Made by a program: the position numbers and the translations under genes. Under the pieces are notes generated by a model. That model saw only the letters and a list, made by a program, of their open reading frames with translations, ran no database searches and was not told the DNA's origin. A stretch of 64,000 bases of DNA from Bdellovibrionales bacterium (GTDB lineage Bacteria; Bdellovibrionota; Bdellovibrionia; Bdellovibrionales; UBA1609): positions 224,001 to 288,000 of the forward strand of contig OZ241456.1 of the NCBI GenBank assembly GCA_965200875.1, given 5' to 3'. Below are positions 1-10,059 of the stretch, in pieces (within the stretch, counting starts at the first letter, position 1; each line of letters opens with the position of its first letter).

Positions 1-47
1 TAATTTCTTACAGCTTAAAAAAAAGCTTATGGAGCCAAGGGTTTTTT

Positions 48-1178
48 ATGAAACTTATGATTTTATGGATATTGGTTTTTTTGCTGTCTTTAAACTCGTC
101 GCCACCTCAGGATGTGATTTCAGAGGTTTCAAACCCGCTGACTTTACATTTGTTTTTAAGGGGTATGGTAAATGCAGAGGTTTCTTCACCCCCCCCTCTC
201 CCCCCGGAAGAAAAGAAAAATTTAAAAGCTAACCTCTCCTCGCTTTCAGAAGAAGAGATCACTTTGCATATCAGGAAAGGAATGTCTCTTGATGAGGTGG
301 CAAGGCTTTTAAAGGCAAAAGGACTTTTGCGAAGTGTTTTTTATTTTAAAATGTGGGCCTCCCTAAAGGGAGCTAGCAAAAAGATAAAATCCGGAGAATA
401 TGTTTTTAAAAAAAATGTTTCTTCCCGGGAGATATTGGCCACTCTTGTGGAAGGCCGGGTTAAGCTTTACCCAATTACTTTTCCGGAAGGGTATAACATA
501 TATGAGATGGCTTTGGCTTTAGAGAAAAAAGGTTTTTTGAAGAAAAAAGATTTTCTTTCCCTCTCTCAGAATCCGGAGTTTGTTTATGAGTTGTTAAAAG
601 AAAAAAGACCTTCCCTAGAAGGTTATCTTTTTCCTGACACTTACCATATTCCACGGCCTTTGGATCCGAAAAAACTCCTTTACAAAATGACCAAAAAATT
701 TTTTACCGTTTATGGCGAAGTTAGCCGGAAAACTGTAAAAACTCCTGGAACCAGAGGAATTAAGCTTACCCGGCATGAGGCTTTGATTTTAGCCTCTATT
801 GTGGAAAAGGAAACCGGTGCCACTCAGGAGCGAGAAAAAATTGCTTCGGTTTTTTATAATCGTTTAAAAAAAGGAATGCGTCTAGAAAGCGATCCCACTA
901 TTTTATACGGGATGATGTGGGAGAGAGGAGGACTTATCCCTCTTAATATTCGAAAAAAAGATATTTTACGAAAAACCCCTTACAATACTTATCGCATATC
1001 AGGTTTTCCCGCAGGGCCTATTGGCAATCCGGGCGAAGGTGCTCTGAGAGCGGTTTTTGAACCGGAAAACTCCCCCTTTTTTTATTTCGTGAGCCGAAAT
1101 GACGGCACTCATGTTTTTTCTAAAACCTATCAGGAACATGAAAGAGCTGTGGATCGCTTCCAACGAAGGACTAAATGA
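48..1178 (+). CDS. mltG: Endolytic transglycosylase MltG
   Basis: ASIVEKET catalytic motif, RLESDPT, PYNTY...GPIGNPG and YFVSRNDGTHVFS; N-terminal hydrophobic anchor. Confidence 0.93.
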   Translation: MKLMILWILVFLLSLNSSPPQDVISEVSNPLTLHLFLRGMVNAEVSSPPPLPPEEKKNLKANLSSLSEEEITLHIRKGMSLDEVARLLKAKGLLRSVFYFKMWASLKGASKKIKSGEYVFKKNVSSREILATLVEGRVKLYPITFPEGYNIYEMALALEKKGFLKKKDFLSLSQNPEFVYELLKEKRPSLEGYLFPDTYHIPRPLDPKKLLYKMTKKFFTVYGEVSRKTVKTPGTRGIKLTRHEALILASIVEKETGATQEREKIASVFYNRLKKGMRLESDPTILYGMMWERGGLIPLNIRKKDILRKTPYNTYRISGFPAGPIGNPGEGALRAVFEPENSPFFYFVSRNDGTHVFSKTYQEHERAVDRFQRRTK

Positions 1179-1181
1179 TTA

Positions 1182-3299
1182 CTAGTACCAATCCCTATCT
1201 GTCAAATGATCCTCGATTTTGTTGTCAAGCCCTCTAAAACCTTTTATAAATTCGGCAGAAATCAATTTCACAGAATAGCCAACTCGTCCGCCGTAAATAC
1301 AGCCATTAGCAATCTTCCCTTTTGTTGTTCCGTCCAATATATTAAAAAAATCATGTCCCCACTTGTCACAATGCCCGAATTTGGTGTTGTCGATATTGTT
1401 ATAAAACTCCCCGGCTTGATATTTGTTTGTCGGGGGATTCCAGCCGGTGAGTAGTTGATCAAGGTTTCCTATTTTATACCAAGGTTTTGGAACAGGTGGC
1501 GGGGGTACATGAGAACGGATCTGGATCCATGGGGGCTGGATGTGAGTAGATACTCCGGTCTGCTCTAAAATGCCACTTCTGTAAAAATTGTTATTGGTGT
1601 CTCTGAATGTGCCCAGATCCCCTCTTAAACTGTTGGCCGTTTCCCCACCGGCTTCTTCAAAAAGATTTTTGATTTTTGGAAAGTGGGTTTGCATGTAATA
1701 GGGTAAAATAGTGAAATAAGTCACATCGAAAATATCTGGAGATATCGCCACTAGCTCCCATTTTCGGGCTAAAATCCCTAAGCCAGGGGGTATTAGACCT
1801 CTAGCCAAAGGGTCTCTATCATCATGATAATTGTCTTTTGAGTAAAATAAGATATTTTTTTCATTTCTGTTAGTGCTTTTTATATGATTAGCCCAGTAGT
1901 AATGTACATAAGGTGATCTCAAACCATATTCGTCTCCTGGATAGCGGGAATAATTGGGAGTGAATTTTTTGTCAAGTTCCATAAGATTTCCACTGGGTGA
2001 TTGGCCACCATTCTTGGGTTTTGGCAGTCGAGGATCTGCTTTTTTTGGTTGCATTGGGCCTATGGTGCCTCCAAAGGGTTTGGCAAAAGCTTTGGCTTTT
2101 AGGTTCACTTTATCCGCTCCAAAGGAGGGTAAAAAGATTTGATTTTTATATTTCAAATCAGCTTTTACAGTGTAGAAAATCATAAAGTTTTTGTTTTTAT
2201 AGAGACCGGCAGAGGGTGCACAGAAGAAATCATTTTTACAATCAGGCCAGGGATTTTTATTTGTGTTAAGTATCTGTGTAAGCTGGAGGATATCGTGGTT
2301 TGAAGCTGCTGCTGGCCCATTTCGCAAATAATCTAAATTTTTTTGGCAGTTTGTTTTTGATCCCTTGAAGTTGCCGAAAAGTCCCAGATGATATAAGGGT
2401 ATGTCCTTCAACCACTCTTTAGGGTTCTTTCCTTTTAGGGAGTTAAATTGCTTAAAAGACTTTTTTGGTTCCTCTTCAAAAGCTTTTCTGTTTATAAAAG
2501 TTAAGTTTTTTTTAAAAGTTTTTAAGACTCCCTTCTCTATAGATTTTCCGTCAAGATCTGTGCCATATAGATGATCAGGACGACCGGACATAGTTTCTGC
2601 AAGATGATATATCATCTTTTTTCTGGCACTTTGGTCCATATGAAAATGCCTAAAGGTCCAAGCTCCAAGTAGCCAGGAATTATAGCCATAAATGTCACAA
2701 TGTTCCTTAAGTTGCTCTTGAATTTTAAGCCCGGTGGCTCTTATCTTGTTTAAGGCACTGGAGAGACTTCCTAAAGTTCCGCTGAGTGTGGGCACGCTGG
2801 GTGCCTTGATATCCTGTAACATTTTATGGCAGAGCATATCTTTGGTTTTTTCTAGTTTGACAGTGCTGACGGTGCCTCCTGTTTTTTGTATAGGATCTCC
2901 CCAGTCCTTATGACCCACGCAGAAAAAATAAGGCCCCGGGACTGTTGTTGGATGAAAAGCGGGAAGAGAGTGTTCTCGATTTTCGACCGGGAGCGCGGGT
3001 TTCCAAATTGGAACATTGGTCAGACCTATATTCCCCAGCACCCGATATCTCCAGGTCATAAGTTTCCAAGACTGGCGGATTTGGTAGTTTATATGAGCAA
3101 TGGCGTTTAGCATTTCTGCCTGTTTCATAGCACCGTAGTAGGCGGCGATATCGACAGAATTTTGAAGATTGATTTTATCATGCACCACTAAAGTGATATT
3201 TAAGGACATGGCAAACAGAGTAAACAACACAGGAAAAAGCAGAATAATAAAAATGGCCAACTGCCCTGTATTTTTACGGCTGTTTTTTTGATTTTTCAT
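1182..3299 (-). CDS. TadG/Flp pilus-assembly-related large protein (Tad domain)
   Basis: Pilin-like N-terminus (KNTGQLAIF + TM + KINLQNSVDIAAYYGA). Start set at ATG 3299; ORF track starts at 3335. Confidence 0.7.
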   Translation of the reverse strand: MKNQKNSRKNTGQLAIFIILLFPVLFTLFAMSLNITLVVHDKINLQNSVDIAAYYGAMKQAEMLNAIAHINYQIRQSWKLMTWRYRVLGNIGLTNVPIWKPALPVENREHSLPAFHPTTVPGPYFFCVGHKDWGDPIQKTGGTVSTVKLEKTKDMLCHKMLQDIKAPSVPTLSGTLGSLSSALNKIRATGLKIQEQLKEHCDIYGYNSWLLGAWTFRHFHMDQSARKKMIYHLAETMSGRPDHLYGTDLDGKSIEKGVLKTFKKNLTFINRKAFEEEPKKSFKQFNSLKGKNPKEWLKDIPLYHLGLFGNFKGSKTNCQKNLDYLRNGPAAASNHDILQLTQILNTNKNPWPDCKNDFFCAPSAGLYKNKNFMIFYTVKADLKYKNQIFLPSFGADKVNLKAKAFAKPFGGTIGPMQPKKADPRLPKPKNGGQSPSGNLMELDKKFTPNYSRYPGDEYGLRSPYVHYYWANHIKSTNRNEKNILFYSKDNYHDDRDPLARGLIPPGLGILARKWELVAISPDIFDVTYFTILPYYMQTHFPKIKNLFEEAGGETANSLRGDLGTFRDTNNNFYRSGILEQTGVSTHIQPPWIQIRSHVPPPPVPKPWYKIGNLDQLLTGWNPPTNKYQAGEFYNNIDNTKFGHCDKWGHDFFNILDGTTKGKIANGCIYGGRVGYSVKLISAEFIKGFRGLDNKIEDHLTDRDWY

Positions 3300-3459
3300 A
3301 AAGTTAATTTTGGGGAAAAACCCGAAAAAAGTCAAAAAAAACCTCTGGTTGTCTGGAACAAGGATCTTGTGTTTTTTTGCAAATATGAAAAACTTCAGAG
3401 AAAAAGCCCCGCATTACAGGGTTTGAAAATTTTTCTTTTTGCTGATAGAAAAAAGCAAT

Positions 3460-4374
3460 ATGCGTGCTCTCACCCGAAGGTTTTTTTTAAGCCTTTTGGC
3501 TTTATTTACAGTTTTAAGTTTCAGTTTTTTTCTGATTCATCTTGTACCAGGGGATCCGGTGGATCTGATTTTAGGAGATCAGGCTTCGGCTTTGGACCGG
3601 GCAAAATTAAAGAAAAATTTGGGTCTGGATCAAAGTTTGTGGAGTCAATATATTCAGTTTTTGGGAAATCTTTTAAAAGGGGATCTGTCTTTTTCTTTAC
3701 ATTCCGGGGAGCCTGTTTCCCGAAAATTGTTTTTAGCTCTTCCCGCTACTTTTCAGCTGGCGTTTTTTGCTCTTCTTTTGTCTGCTCTGTGGGGGATTCC
3801 AGCCGGACTTTTCTCCGCTCTTAAAAAAGGCGTTTTAGAAAAAGCTCTTTCTTTTGTTGCGGTTTTGGCTATGTCTTTGCCGGTGTTTGTTTTGGCACCA
3901 GTTTTAATTTGGTTTTTCGCGCTTAAGCTTTCCTGGCTCCCTGTCAGTGAAAGAGGAGTTGGGTTTAAACACTTTATTTTACCAGCTTTGAGTTTGGCTT
4001 TGCCCTTGGGAGCGGTTTTACTTAAGATGAGTCGGTCAGCCTTGTTGGAGGCTCTGGAAAAAGATTATATTCGAACGGCCCGCGCAAAAGGGCTTTCTTT
4101 TTTTCGTGTGGGCTTGACACATGGTTTTAGAAACGCTCTTGTTCCTGTTGTAACAATTTTGGGACTTCAAAGTGGAGCACTCCTGACCGGCACAGTCATA
4201 GTGGAAAGTATTTTTGACTGGCCCGGACTTGGGCTTTTATTGCTGGAGGCTATTCAGAGAAGAGATTATCCTGTTTTTCAGGGAGCAGTTTTGTTGATTG
4301 CCGTAATCCATGTGCTGGTAAACCTGATTGTGGATATAATTTATATATTAATTCACCCTAAAATGACTTTTTAA
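3460..4374 (+). CDS. Peptide ABC transporter permease (DppB/OppB-like)
   Basis: PGDP motif, EAA loop DYIRTARAKG, ESIFDWPGLG, RDYP; ATG at 3460 preferred. Confidence 0.9.
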   Translation: MRALTRRFFLSLLALFTVLSFSFFLIHLVPGDPVDLILGDQASALDRAKLKKNLGLDQSLWSQYIQFLGNLLKGDLSFSLHSGEPVSRKLFLALPATFQLAFFALLLSALWGIPAGLFSALKKGVLEKALSFVAVLAMSLPVFVLAPVLIWFFALKLSWLPVSERGVGFKHFILPALSLALPLGAVLLKMSRSALLEALEKDYIRTARAKGLSFFRVGLTHGFRNALVPVVTILGLQSGALLTGTVIVESIFDWPGLGLLLLEAIQRRDYPVFQGAVLLIAVIHVLVNLIVDIIYILIHPKMTF

Positions 4375-4419
4375 TCAAGTCACTGGTTTGGCATAAGTTA
4401 AAAGCTTTCTTAAGTATAT

Positions 4420-5229
4420 ATGAAAAAAATAAATGTAAAAATTATAATAGGATTAAGTGGGCTTTTTATTATTATTATTTGCGCTTTGCTGGCTCCCTGG
4501 ATTCGTCCCTATAGTTCTTTGGATATGGAGCTTGGGCATTTGTTGGAACCTCCAAGTTTTGCTCATCCCTTTGGCCGGGATGAAAACGGCGTGGATCTTT
4601 TGTCCCAGGTGTTGTATGGTGCCAGGGTTTCTCTCACAGTGGCTTTCGTGGTGGTTTTTTTAAGCCTTCTTACAGGTCTTGTGATTGGCTCCCTCTCTGC
4701 TTGGTTTGGTTCTTTGGTGGATCAGCTGTTAATGCGACTGGTGGATATGGTGTCGGCTTTTCCTCGTTTTTTGTTAGCCTTGTCTGTTTTGGCCATGCTG
4801 GGGTCCAGTTTGTTTAATTTGATTTTAGCGATGTGTCTTTCCGGTTGGGCCGGCTTTGCTCGTCTCATTCGTGCCGAGATTTTGCATTTAAAAAAGGAGG
4901 AATATGTTTTAAGTGCTTTATCTTCGGGCGCAAGCTTCATCAGAGTTTTGATTTTTCATATTTGGCCTAATTTGCTGGGGCTTTTATTGGTTCAGTCTGC
5001 CTTTTCCCTAGTGGCGGTGGTGATAGCTGAAGCCGGGTTGGGTTTTTTGGGCTTAGGCGTGCCTCCAGAAACCCCGAGCTGGGGAAGACTGCTCAGTTCA
5101 GGAAGGCAGGTCCTAGAATCAGCCCCTCATTTAAGTGTTTTTCCCGGCCTTGCCTTGTTTTTTTTGATTTTGAATTTTCAGCTCTTAGGAGATGGTCTTA
5201 GAGATTTTTTTTCCGCAAAAATCTCTTAG
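4420..5229 (+). CDS. Peptide ABC transporter permease (DppC/OppC-like)
   Basis: HPFGRDENGVD, YGARVSL, EAGLGFLGLGVPPETPSWG, LGDGLRD. Confidence 0.9.
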   Translation: MKKINVKIIIGLSGLFIIIICALLAPWIRPYSSLDMELGHLLEPPSFAHPFGRDENGVDLLSQVLYGARVSLTVAFVVVFLSLLTGLVIGSLSAWFGSLVDQLLMRLVDMVSAFPRFLLALSVLAMLGSSLFNLILAMCLSGWAGFARLIRAEILHLKKEEYVLSALSSGASFIRVLIFHIWPNLLGLLLVQSAFSLVAVVIAEAGLGFLGLGVPPETPSWGRLLSSGRQVLESAPHLSVFPGLALFFLILNFQLLGDGLRDFFSAKIS

Positions 5230-5248
5230 GAAAATTAGGGGAAAGCAA

Positions 5249-6361
5249 ATGAAATGGGGATCTTTGATTTGGATGGGTATAAAAGGAAAAAGCCTTTCCA
5301 ATCAGGAAAAAAAAGATATTCAGCAGGAGGAAGTTTCAGGTCTTGTTCTTTTCAAAAGAAATATTGAGTCTTTGCCTGAGCTTTTTGAATTATGTAAGGA
5401 GATTCAAAGTTTAAAACCGGCTCCTCTTATTATGATGGATCGTGAGGGGGGATCTGTGGATCGTCTGCGACATCTTTCGGAATATCCTTCCTGGCCTAAG
5501 CCGGCAGATCTTGTACGAGTTTGTTCTCTGAGGGAAATTGAGCAAAGCTCTTTTTATCAGGCCCTAGAAATAAAAGCCTTGGGAATTTGCGCAAACTTTG
5601 CTCCCGCTTTGGATCTGCCTTCTGTTTTTAATCCGCTGTTTAAGGGTCGACTTTTAGGAAAAACCCCTCAACAAATTGCTGAAAGAGCGATCGCTTATAT
5701 GAGAGGTCTTAAAAGAGCCGGTCTTGCCACTTCGGCAAAGCACTTTCCAGGACATGGGGGTGTAAGAGAGGACTCTCATTTCTCGCTACCAGTGGATCAA
5801 AGGAAACTTAAGAATTTAAGGGCTTTCGATCTCTTTCCTTTTCAAAAGGCCATAGACTTTAATGTGGAAATCATGATGACAGCTCATGTTCTTTATTCCA
5901 AAGTGGATTCTTTCCCGGCGACTTTATCAGAGTTTTTTTTAAAAAAAATTTTAAGAGAGGAGATGAAGTTTAACAATCTGATTGTGTCAGATGATCTGGA
6001 TATGGGAGCTTTGCGGGGTAAAGATCATCCTCCAGCGGAAGTGATGGCAAAGGCTCTTTTTGCCGGAGTAGATGTTTTACTGAAGTGTGAGCCTTCTGAA
6101 AATTTTAAGGAACTTTTAGAGGAGGCTGAAGAGGTATTAAGTCTTAAGGCCAGGGATTTTTTTAAAAAGTCCGGGCTTAAAAAAAACTGGAATATTTTGA
6201 TAAAGGAAAAACTTTTTCGGATAAAACAGTTTAAGCAAAAATATGGTCATATAAAGCCTCTTTCCTCTTTTGAGAATTTGATAAAATCCGCCGGAGATCC
6301 AAAAGTGCATCGCTGGTGTGAAGAACTTCAGAGAAGAATCAAAGGAATGGAAAACCTTTAG
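5249..6361 (+). CDS. nagZ: GH3 beta-N-acetylhexosaminidase
   Basis: DREGGSVDRL, KHFPGHGG..EDSH, MTAHV, SDDLDM; ATG at 5249 preferred. Confidence 0.88.
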   Translation: MKWGSLIWMGIKGKSLSNQEKKDIQQEEVSGLVLFKRNIESLPELFELCKEIQSLKPAPLIMMDREGGSVDRLRHLSEYPSWPKPADLVRVCSLREIEQSSFYQALEIKALGICANFAPALDLPSVFNPLFKGRLLGKTPQQIAERAIAYMRGLKRAGLATSAKHFPGHGGVREDSHFSLPVDQRKLKNLRAFDLFPFQKAIDFNVEIMMTAHVLYSKVDSFPATLSEFFLKKILREEMKFNNLIVSDDLDMGALRGKDHPPAEVMAKALFAGVDVLLKCEPSENFKELLEEAEEVLSLKARDFFKKSGLKKNWNILIKEKLFRIKQFKQKYGHIKPLSSFENLIKSAGDPKVHRWCEELQRRIKGMENL

Positions 6362-6458
6362 TGCTGTAAAATTCAGGAAAAATAAGAAGAAGGCTTGAAA
6401 ATTATTTTGAACAAGCCAGATCAATCTTCCGAAAAGAAAGTTTGAGGGTTTTGATTTT

Positions 6459-7538
6459 TTGGAAAATCCAGACTTTATAAGGAATAAATTTATGAATCGG
6501 TTTTTAACATTTTTTTTGGTGTCTTTTGTTTTGCATATTGCCGTGGGGGCGATACTGCTTTCCCAAACCGGGATCTTAGGAGGCAAAACCTTCAACAAAG
6601 GAATTAGTGAAGTGACGGAATTTCCTGAAGAGGGAATTGAAGACGGAAATACAGAATTTCCCTCAGAAACTCGTTCTTCTGAGTCCCAGAAAAAAGAGTT
6701 TAAGGCTAAAAAGCCCTCGCAAAAAAAATCCGCGCCTGAAAAAAATTCAAGCGAGAGAGGGACTAAAAAGCCCTCGCAAAAAAAATCCAAGCCTGAAAAA
6801 TCTGTTAAAGCTCCTTTAAAACCTGTCCAAAAAAAACTTTCCCCGCCCGTTCCAAAAGAAAAGCTGGATGAGACCAGTGAAAAGCCCGTATCAGCTGGAA
6901 ATATCCCGGCAACAAAAGATATTCCTAAACCCCTTGAAGATAAAAAATCGCAAGCTGTGGATGAAAAAGCCACCGGCCAAAAAGAAGTTCACGAAAGTCC
7001 TGAGAGTTTGAAATCGGAGACAGAAGATGAGGAAATCATCAAAGAGCTTAAAGAGGAGATCGGAGAGGAAAAAACTTTGGATGTGGAAAAACCCTCTGAA
7101 AAAGTTTTGCCATCCCCTGTGGCTGAGGATTCCAGAGTTTCTTCCTCCTCTGGAGGAGGGGGAAAAGAACCTGAACAAAAAACTGTTTCTTCTAGGCTTC
7201 CTTTGGATCTCAGAAAAGCTAGAAAATACAGTCAGTTAAGGCAAATGGATGGCAACCCAGTTCCTGTTTATCCCAATGAGGCTTTAAAAAAAAGATGGGA
7301 AGGCCGGGTGGAGCTTGTCTATTATGTAAACCAGGCGGGTTTTGTGGAAAAAATTCAGCTGAAACAATCTTCCGGTTATTCTCTTTTAGATAACTCAGCA
7401 CTCAGGGCCTTAGGCCGTTATCGTTATTATCCTGGGCAGGAGGGTTGGGTTGTTCATCCCGTGGAATTTATGTTGGAATTAGAAAAAGAAACCCTAGAGG
7501 TGGCTCCCTTGGGGACACGAGCTCCTGGAGGTTTTTAA
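6459..7538 (+). CDS. Energy transducer TonB family protein
   Basis: TM anchor with SFVLH, long K/E/P linker, C-terminal PVYP..A....EGRVEL...SSGYSLLDNSA domain; true start may be ATG 6492. Confidence 0.85.
   Translation: MENPDFIRNKFMNRFLTFFLVSFVLHIAVGAILLSQTGILGGKTFNKGISEVTEFPEEGIEDGNTEFPSETRSSESQKKEFKAKKPSQKKSAPEKNSSERGTKKPSQKKSKPEKSVKAPLKPVQKKLSPPVPKEKLDETSEKPVSAGNIPATKDIPKPLEDKKSQAVDEKATGQKEVHESPESLKSETEDEEIIKELKEEIGEEKTLDVEKPSEKVLPSPVAEDSRVSSSSGGGGKEPEQKTVSSRLPLDLRKARKYSQLRQMDGNPVPVYPNEALKKRWEGRVELVYYVNQAGFVEKIQLKQSSGYSLLDNSALRALGRYRYYPGQEGWVVHPVEFMLELEKETLEVAPLGTRAPGGF
6706..6800 (+). repeat. 38-bp direct repeat (57-bp period) in the TonB linker, KKPSQKKS(A/K)PEK x2
   Basis: ctaaaaagccctcgcaaaaaaaatcc(gc/aa)gcctgaaaaa at 6706-6743 and 6763-6800. 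Confidence 0.9.
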
Positions 7539-8332
7539 AAAGCTCCTCGGATATTTAATGTGTGTAATATTTCCTGGTTTTTTTGGGTTTGGCTTAAGCC
7601 GTAGTCTATCCCCATCTTTTGAGTGGTAAGTCCCATTCCTCCAGAAAACAAAAACACTTTATCGGTAAAGTGCCACTGACCTCCAAGACGCAGGATCAAA
7701 ACCCGAGCGATGGTGAACATTCCCCCCCCGGCCATACTCCATTTTTTATCCGGGTTGTAAAGGGTGTCTACTCTTAAATGCAACCATTCGTAAGGTTCAT
7801 AAGCAAGTCCTAAGCCCCATTTTCTTTCTCCCGTGTAAGCTCCCTCCAGCGGAAGGATATGATCCCAGGTGATTCCTAAGGAAAAAACAGATCTCTCAGG
7901 TTTTATCAGAAAGCCGGCTTGAAGATTCCAATTTGCTTTTTCATGGGCTTCCCATCGGCTAAGCCCTAAGCCTAGACTCCATCCTGGCAGGATGAAGCTT
8001 GCTATGCTGAGTTGGAAGTATTGATCTCCAGATCCCCGCTCCCGTAAGTAGCTGAAAGATACCGGAAGACCTGAGTTTTCTAGGAGGGAAACCCCCCAAT
8101 AGGCCTTGCTTTCTTCTGTTTTAAATGCGTAAAACCCAGCCCCTTGGAATCCTTGAACATGAGCTACACCCGCCGGATTGAGTAGATGATACTCTGCTCC
8201 TTTTTGAAAAGCCGCCCTGCCGGCGTTTCCGAAGGAGAGGGCAAGAGGCCCCGCCGGTTTTAAAGCACTGGCAAAAAAAGGAAAACAAAGCAGTATTATT
8301 TTAACAAAATTTTTTTTTGAAATGATATTCAT
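7535..8332 (-). CDS. Putative outer-membrane beta-barrel protein
   Basis: Signal peptide, G.AG.A...NPAG motif as in FadL/PorV-like barrels, alternating aromatic strands, C-terminal Phe. Confidence 0.55.
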   Translation of the reverse strand: MNIISKKNFVKIILLCFPFFASALKPAGPLALSFGNAGRAAFQKGAEYHLLNPAGVAHVQGFQGAGFYAFKTEESKAYWGVSLLENSGLPVSFSYLRERGSGDQYFQLSIASFILPGWSLGLGLSRWEAHEKANWNLQAGFLIKPERSVFSLGITWDHILPLEGAYTGERKWGLGLAYEPYEWLHLRVDTLYNPDKKWSMAGGGMFTIARVLILRLGGQWHFTDKVFLFSGGMGLTTQKMGIDYGLSQTQKNQEILHTLNIRGAF

Positions 8333-8377
8333 CTGTAAACGGAAATAAAAGAGGATTTTAAAAAGATATAAACAATT

Positions 8378-8611
8378 TTAATTCCTCTCAACCTTGCTTA
8401 AAATATTATCCATCTTGATATTTAATTCCTTTTGAGACTCTTTAAGCTCTTTAAGCTCTTTTTCCATACGGGCTTGATTTTCCTTTACTGGCTGTAAAAG
8501 AATTTTAAAGACAAAACCTAATCCCGCAAATACAGAGCAAAAAGATATAACTGAAGTCAATACCAATGCAATTAAAGCCGTTACCAAGGTTACATTTAAA
8601 GTTATTTCCAT
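8378..8611 (-). CDS. Small membrane-anchored coiled-coil protein
   Basis: N-terminal TM then heptad-like ELKELKESQKEL; SD-like AAGGCGGTG upstream. Confidence 0.65.
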   Translation of the reverse strand: MEITLNVTLVTALIALVLTSVISFCSVFAGLGFVFKILLQPVKENQARMEKELKELKESQKELNIKMDNILSKVERN

Positions 8612-8706
8612 AACACCGCCTTTTTTTGATTATTGAGTTATTATACCATCGTTTTTTCTTTTTACAAACAAGTAACCTGTTTTATTAAAGGTTTTTTCAT
8701 GTTCGA

Positions 8707-9945
8707 TTAATTATTTTTTCGGACACAGATGGAAAGGTACTGGGGACAGTAATCAAAACCGTTACGTGTATTAGCGCAAGAGCTACTCCGTCCCAGGCGA
8801 AGAAATGGGGTATTGTAACAAACTGAGCTGTTTGTCTTAAGGCTGATACATTTTCTGTCGATATTGATATGCCAAGCATCTCCCAACACTTTTTTGGCAA
8901 CAGTGAGGGCTGCTCCCTTAGCGTTGCTGGTGGGGCATAAAGCTTCATCAGGTTGAACTCTGTGATTGGAGTCTTCAGCGTTTAAGGCGGATTCTAAAGT
9001 GGGGTATTTGTCTTTGTATCCTGCTGTCTGGAGGTTTTGTTCATATCGTTTCTGAGCACTCCAAGCTCTTTCAGGATGTCTTCTTATTTCAAATCGAAGG
9101 TCCTCTGGGCAGTTCCATTCTTTTTGTGCCGGGGCTGATGGCAGTTTTTTTTCGGAAATGGAATTTAAGTGATATCTGTTATTGCCTCGATCCTGAACAG
9201 CCACTTTGTACATTCGTCCATAAAAATCTACTCCCTTGTCCCCGTTTGTTTTATGAATGATTTTGTTTGAATGTCCCCAATAAAAAATACCCAGTTGCAT
9301 ACTCTTGTTCAGTAACATGATGTAAGATGCTTGTTTGCTGGGATCCAGGTGAATCTCAGCGGAAATGGGTTCTCCCTCTATTTCTCTTAAACGGGAGGGG
9401 CCTTGAGTAATCAGCTCATCCAGATGTCTCCAGAGCCTGATGTTAAATGCTATAGAATAACCCCCAGAGAATATGTTTATTTTATGACGAAGGAAAAAAA
9501 GTGGCATGGCTCGCGAGGTGGTGGAGCTTTCTATTAAAGTTTTTAAGTCGCTTGCGTCCAGCTTTTTTCTTAAAAAATATTCGCTTAAGCGAAGTCCACT
9601 TCGCTCAAAATAAGCTCCGGCTTTAAAAGTAAACAGAGCAGGGTTTTCACAGGTCATTAAAGCAATGGTGTCCAGTGACAGATCGTAGGGAAAATAAGTA
9701 AAGGCTTTAGGATCTTTCGGGGGTGGTTCTGCCTCTTCCTCGGTTGCGTTATCGTCATTGTTAATAATTTCCTCTGCCTCCTCCACGCTTTTTGGCGGTT
9801 TAGGAGCGGGGGCTGTTTCTAGATTGGAATTGAGAGACCTTAAAATTTCCGCTTTTCGGCTGGCCGCGCCGGAGCAGGTATTGAAAAAAAAGACAATTAG
9901 CGATAAAAGCAGGAAAAAGGGGAAAAGCAAAAAAAAATTTTTCAT
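8707..9945 (-). CDS. Secreted Cys-rich hypothetical protein (probable lipoprotein)
   Basis: Hydrophobic signal MKNFFLL...FFNTC from ATG 9945; several C-terminal Cys; sigma28-like promoter upstream. Confidence 0.75.
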   Translation of the reverse strand: MKNFFLLFPFFLLLSLIVFFFNTCSGAASRKAEILRSLNSNLETAPAPKPPKSVEEAEEIINNDDNATEEEAEPPPKDPKAFTYFPYDLSLDTIALMTCENPALFTFKAGAYFERSGLRLSEYFLRKKLDASDLKTLIESSTTSRAMPLFFLRHKINIFSGGYSIAFNIRLWRHLDELITQGPSRLREIEGEPISAEIHLDPSKQASYIMLLNKSMQLGIFYWGHSNKIIHKTNGDKGVDFYGRMYKVAVQDRGNNRYHLNSISEKKLPSAPAQKEWNCPEDLRFEIRRHPERAWSAQKRYEQNLQTAGYKDKYPTLESALNAEDSNHRVQPDEALCPTSNAKGAALTVAKKVLGDAWHINIDRKCISLKTNSSVCYNTPFLRLGRSSSCANTRNGFDYCPQYLSICVRKNN

Positions 9946-10031
9946 AATATCTTTCACTAGTAAGAAATTTTTTTGTAAAACAGTTTTTTCCACTGGGCAA
10001 AAGCCTATTGGAAAATTCTGAAACACATAAT

Positions 10032-10059
10032 ATATCGGAGTTTAGAGTGTAAAACATGA
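10032..10059 (-). promoter_or_regulatory. Putative sigma28 (FliA) promoter
   Basis: Minus strand TCATG-N15-TCCGATAT upstream of the 8707-9945 gene. Confidence 0.45.

Noticed and set aside
4389..4406. Sigma54 promoter (TTGGCAT...) before dppC
   Set aside because: The -12 TTGC element is missing
6137..6973. 278-aa antisense ORF over tonB, and the many other short overlapping ORFs in the track
   Set aside because: Shadow frames of real genes with biased composition and no motifs; ORF 59531-59737 lies inside tmRNA
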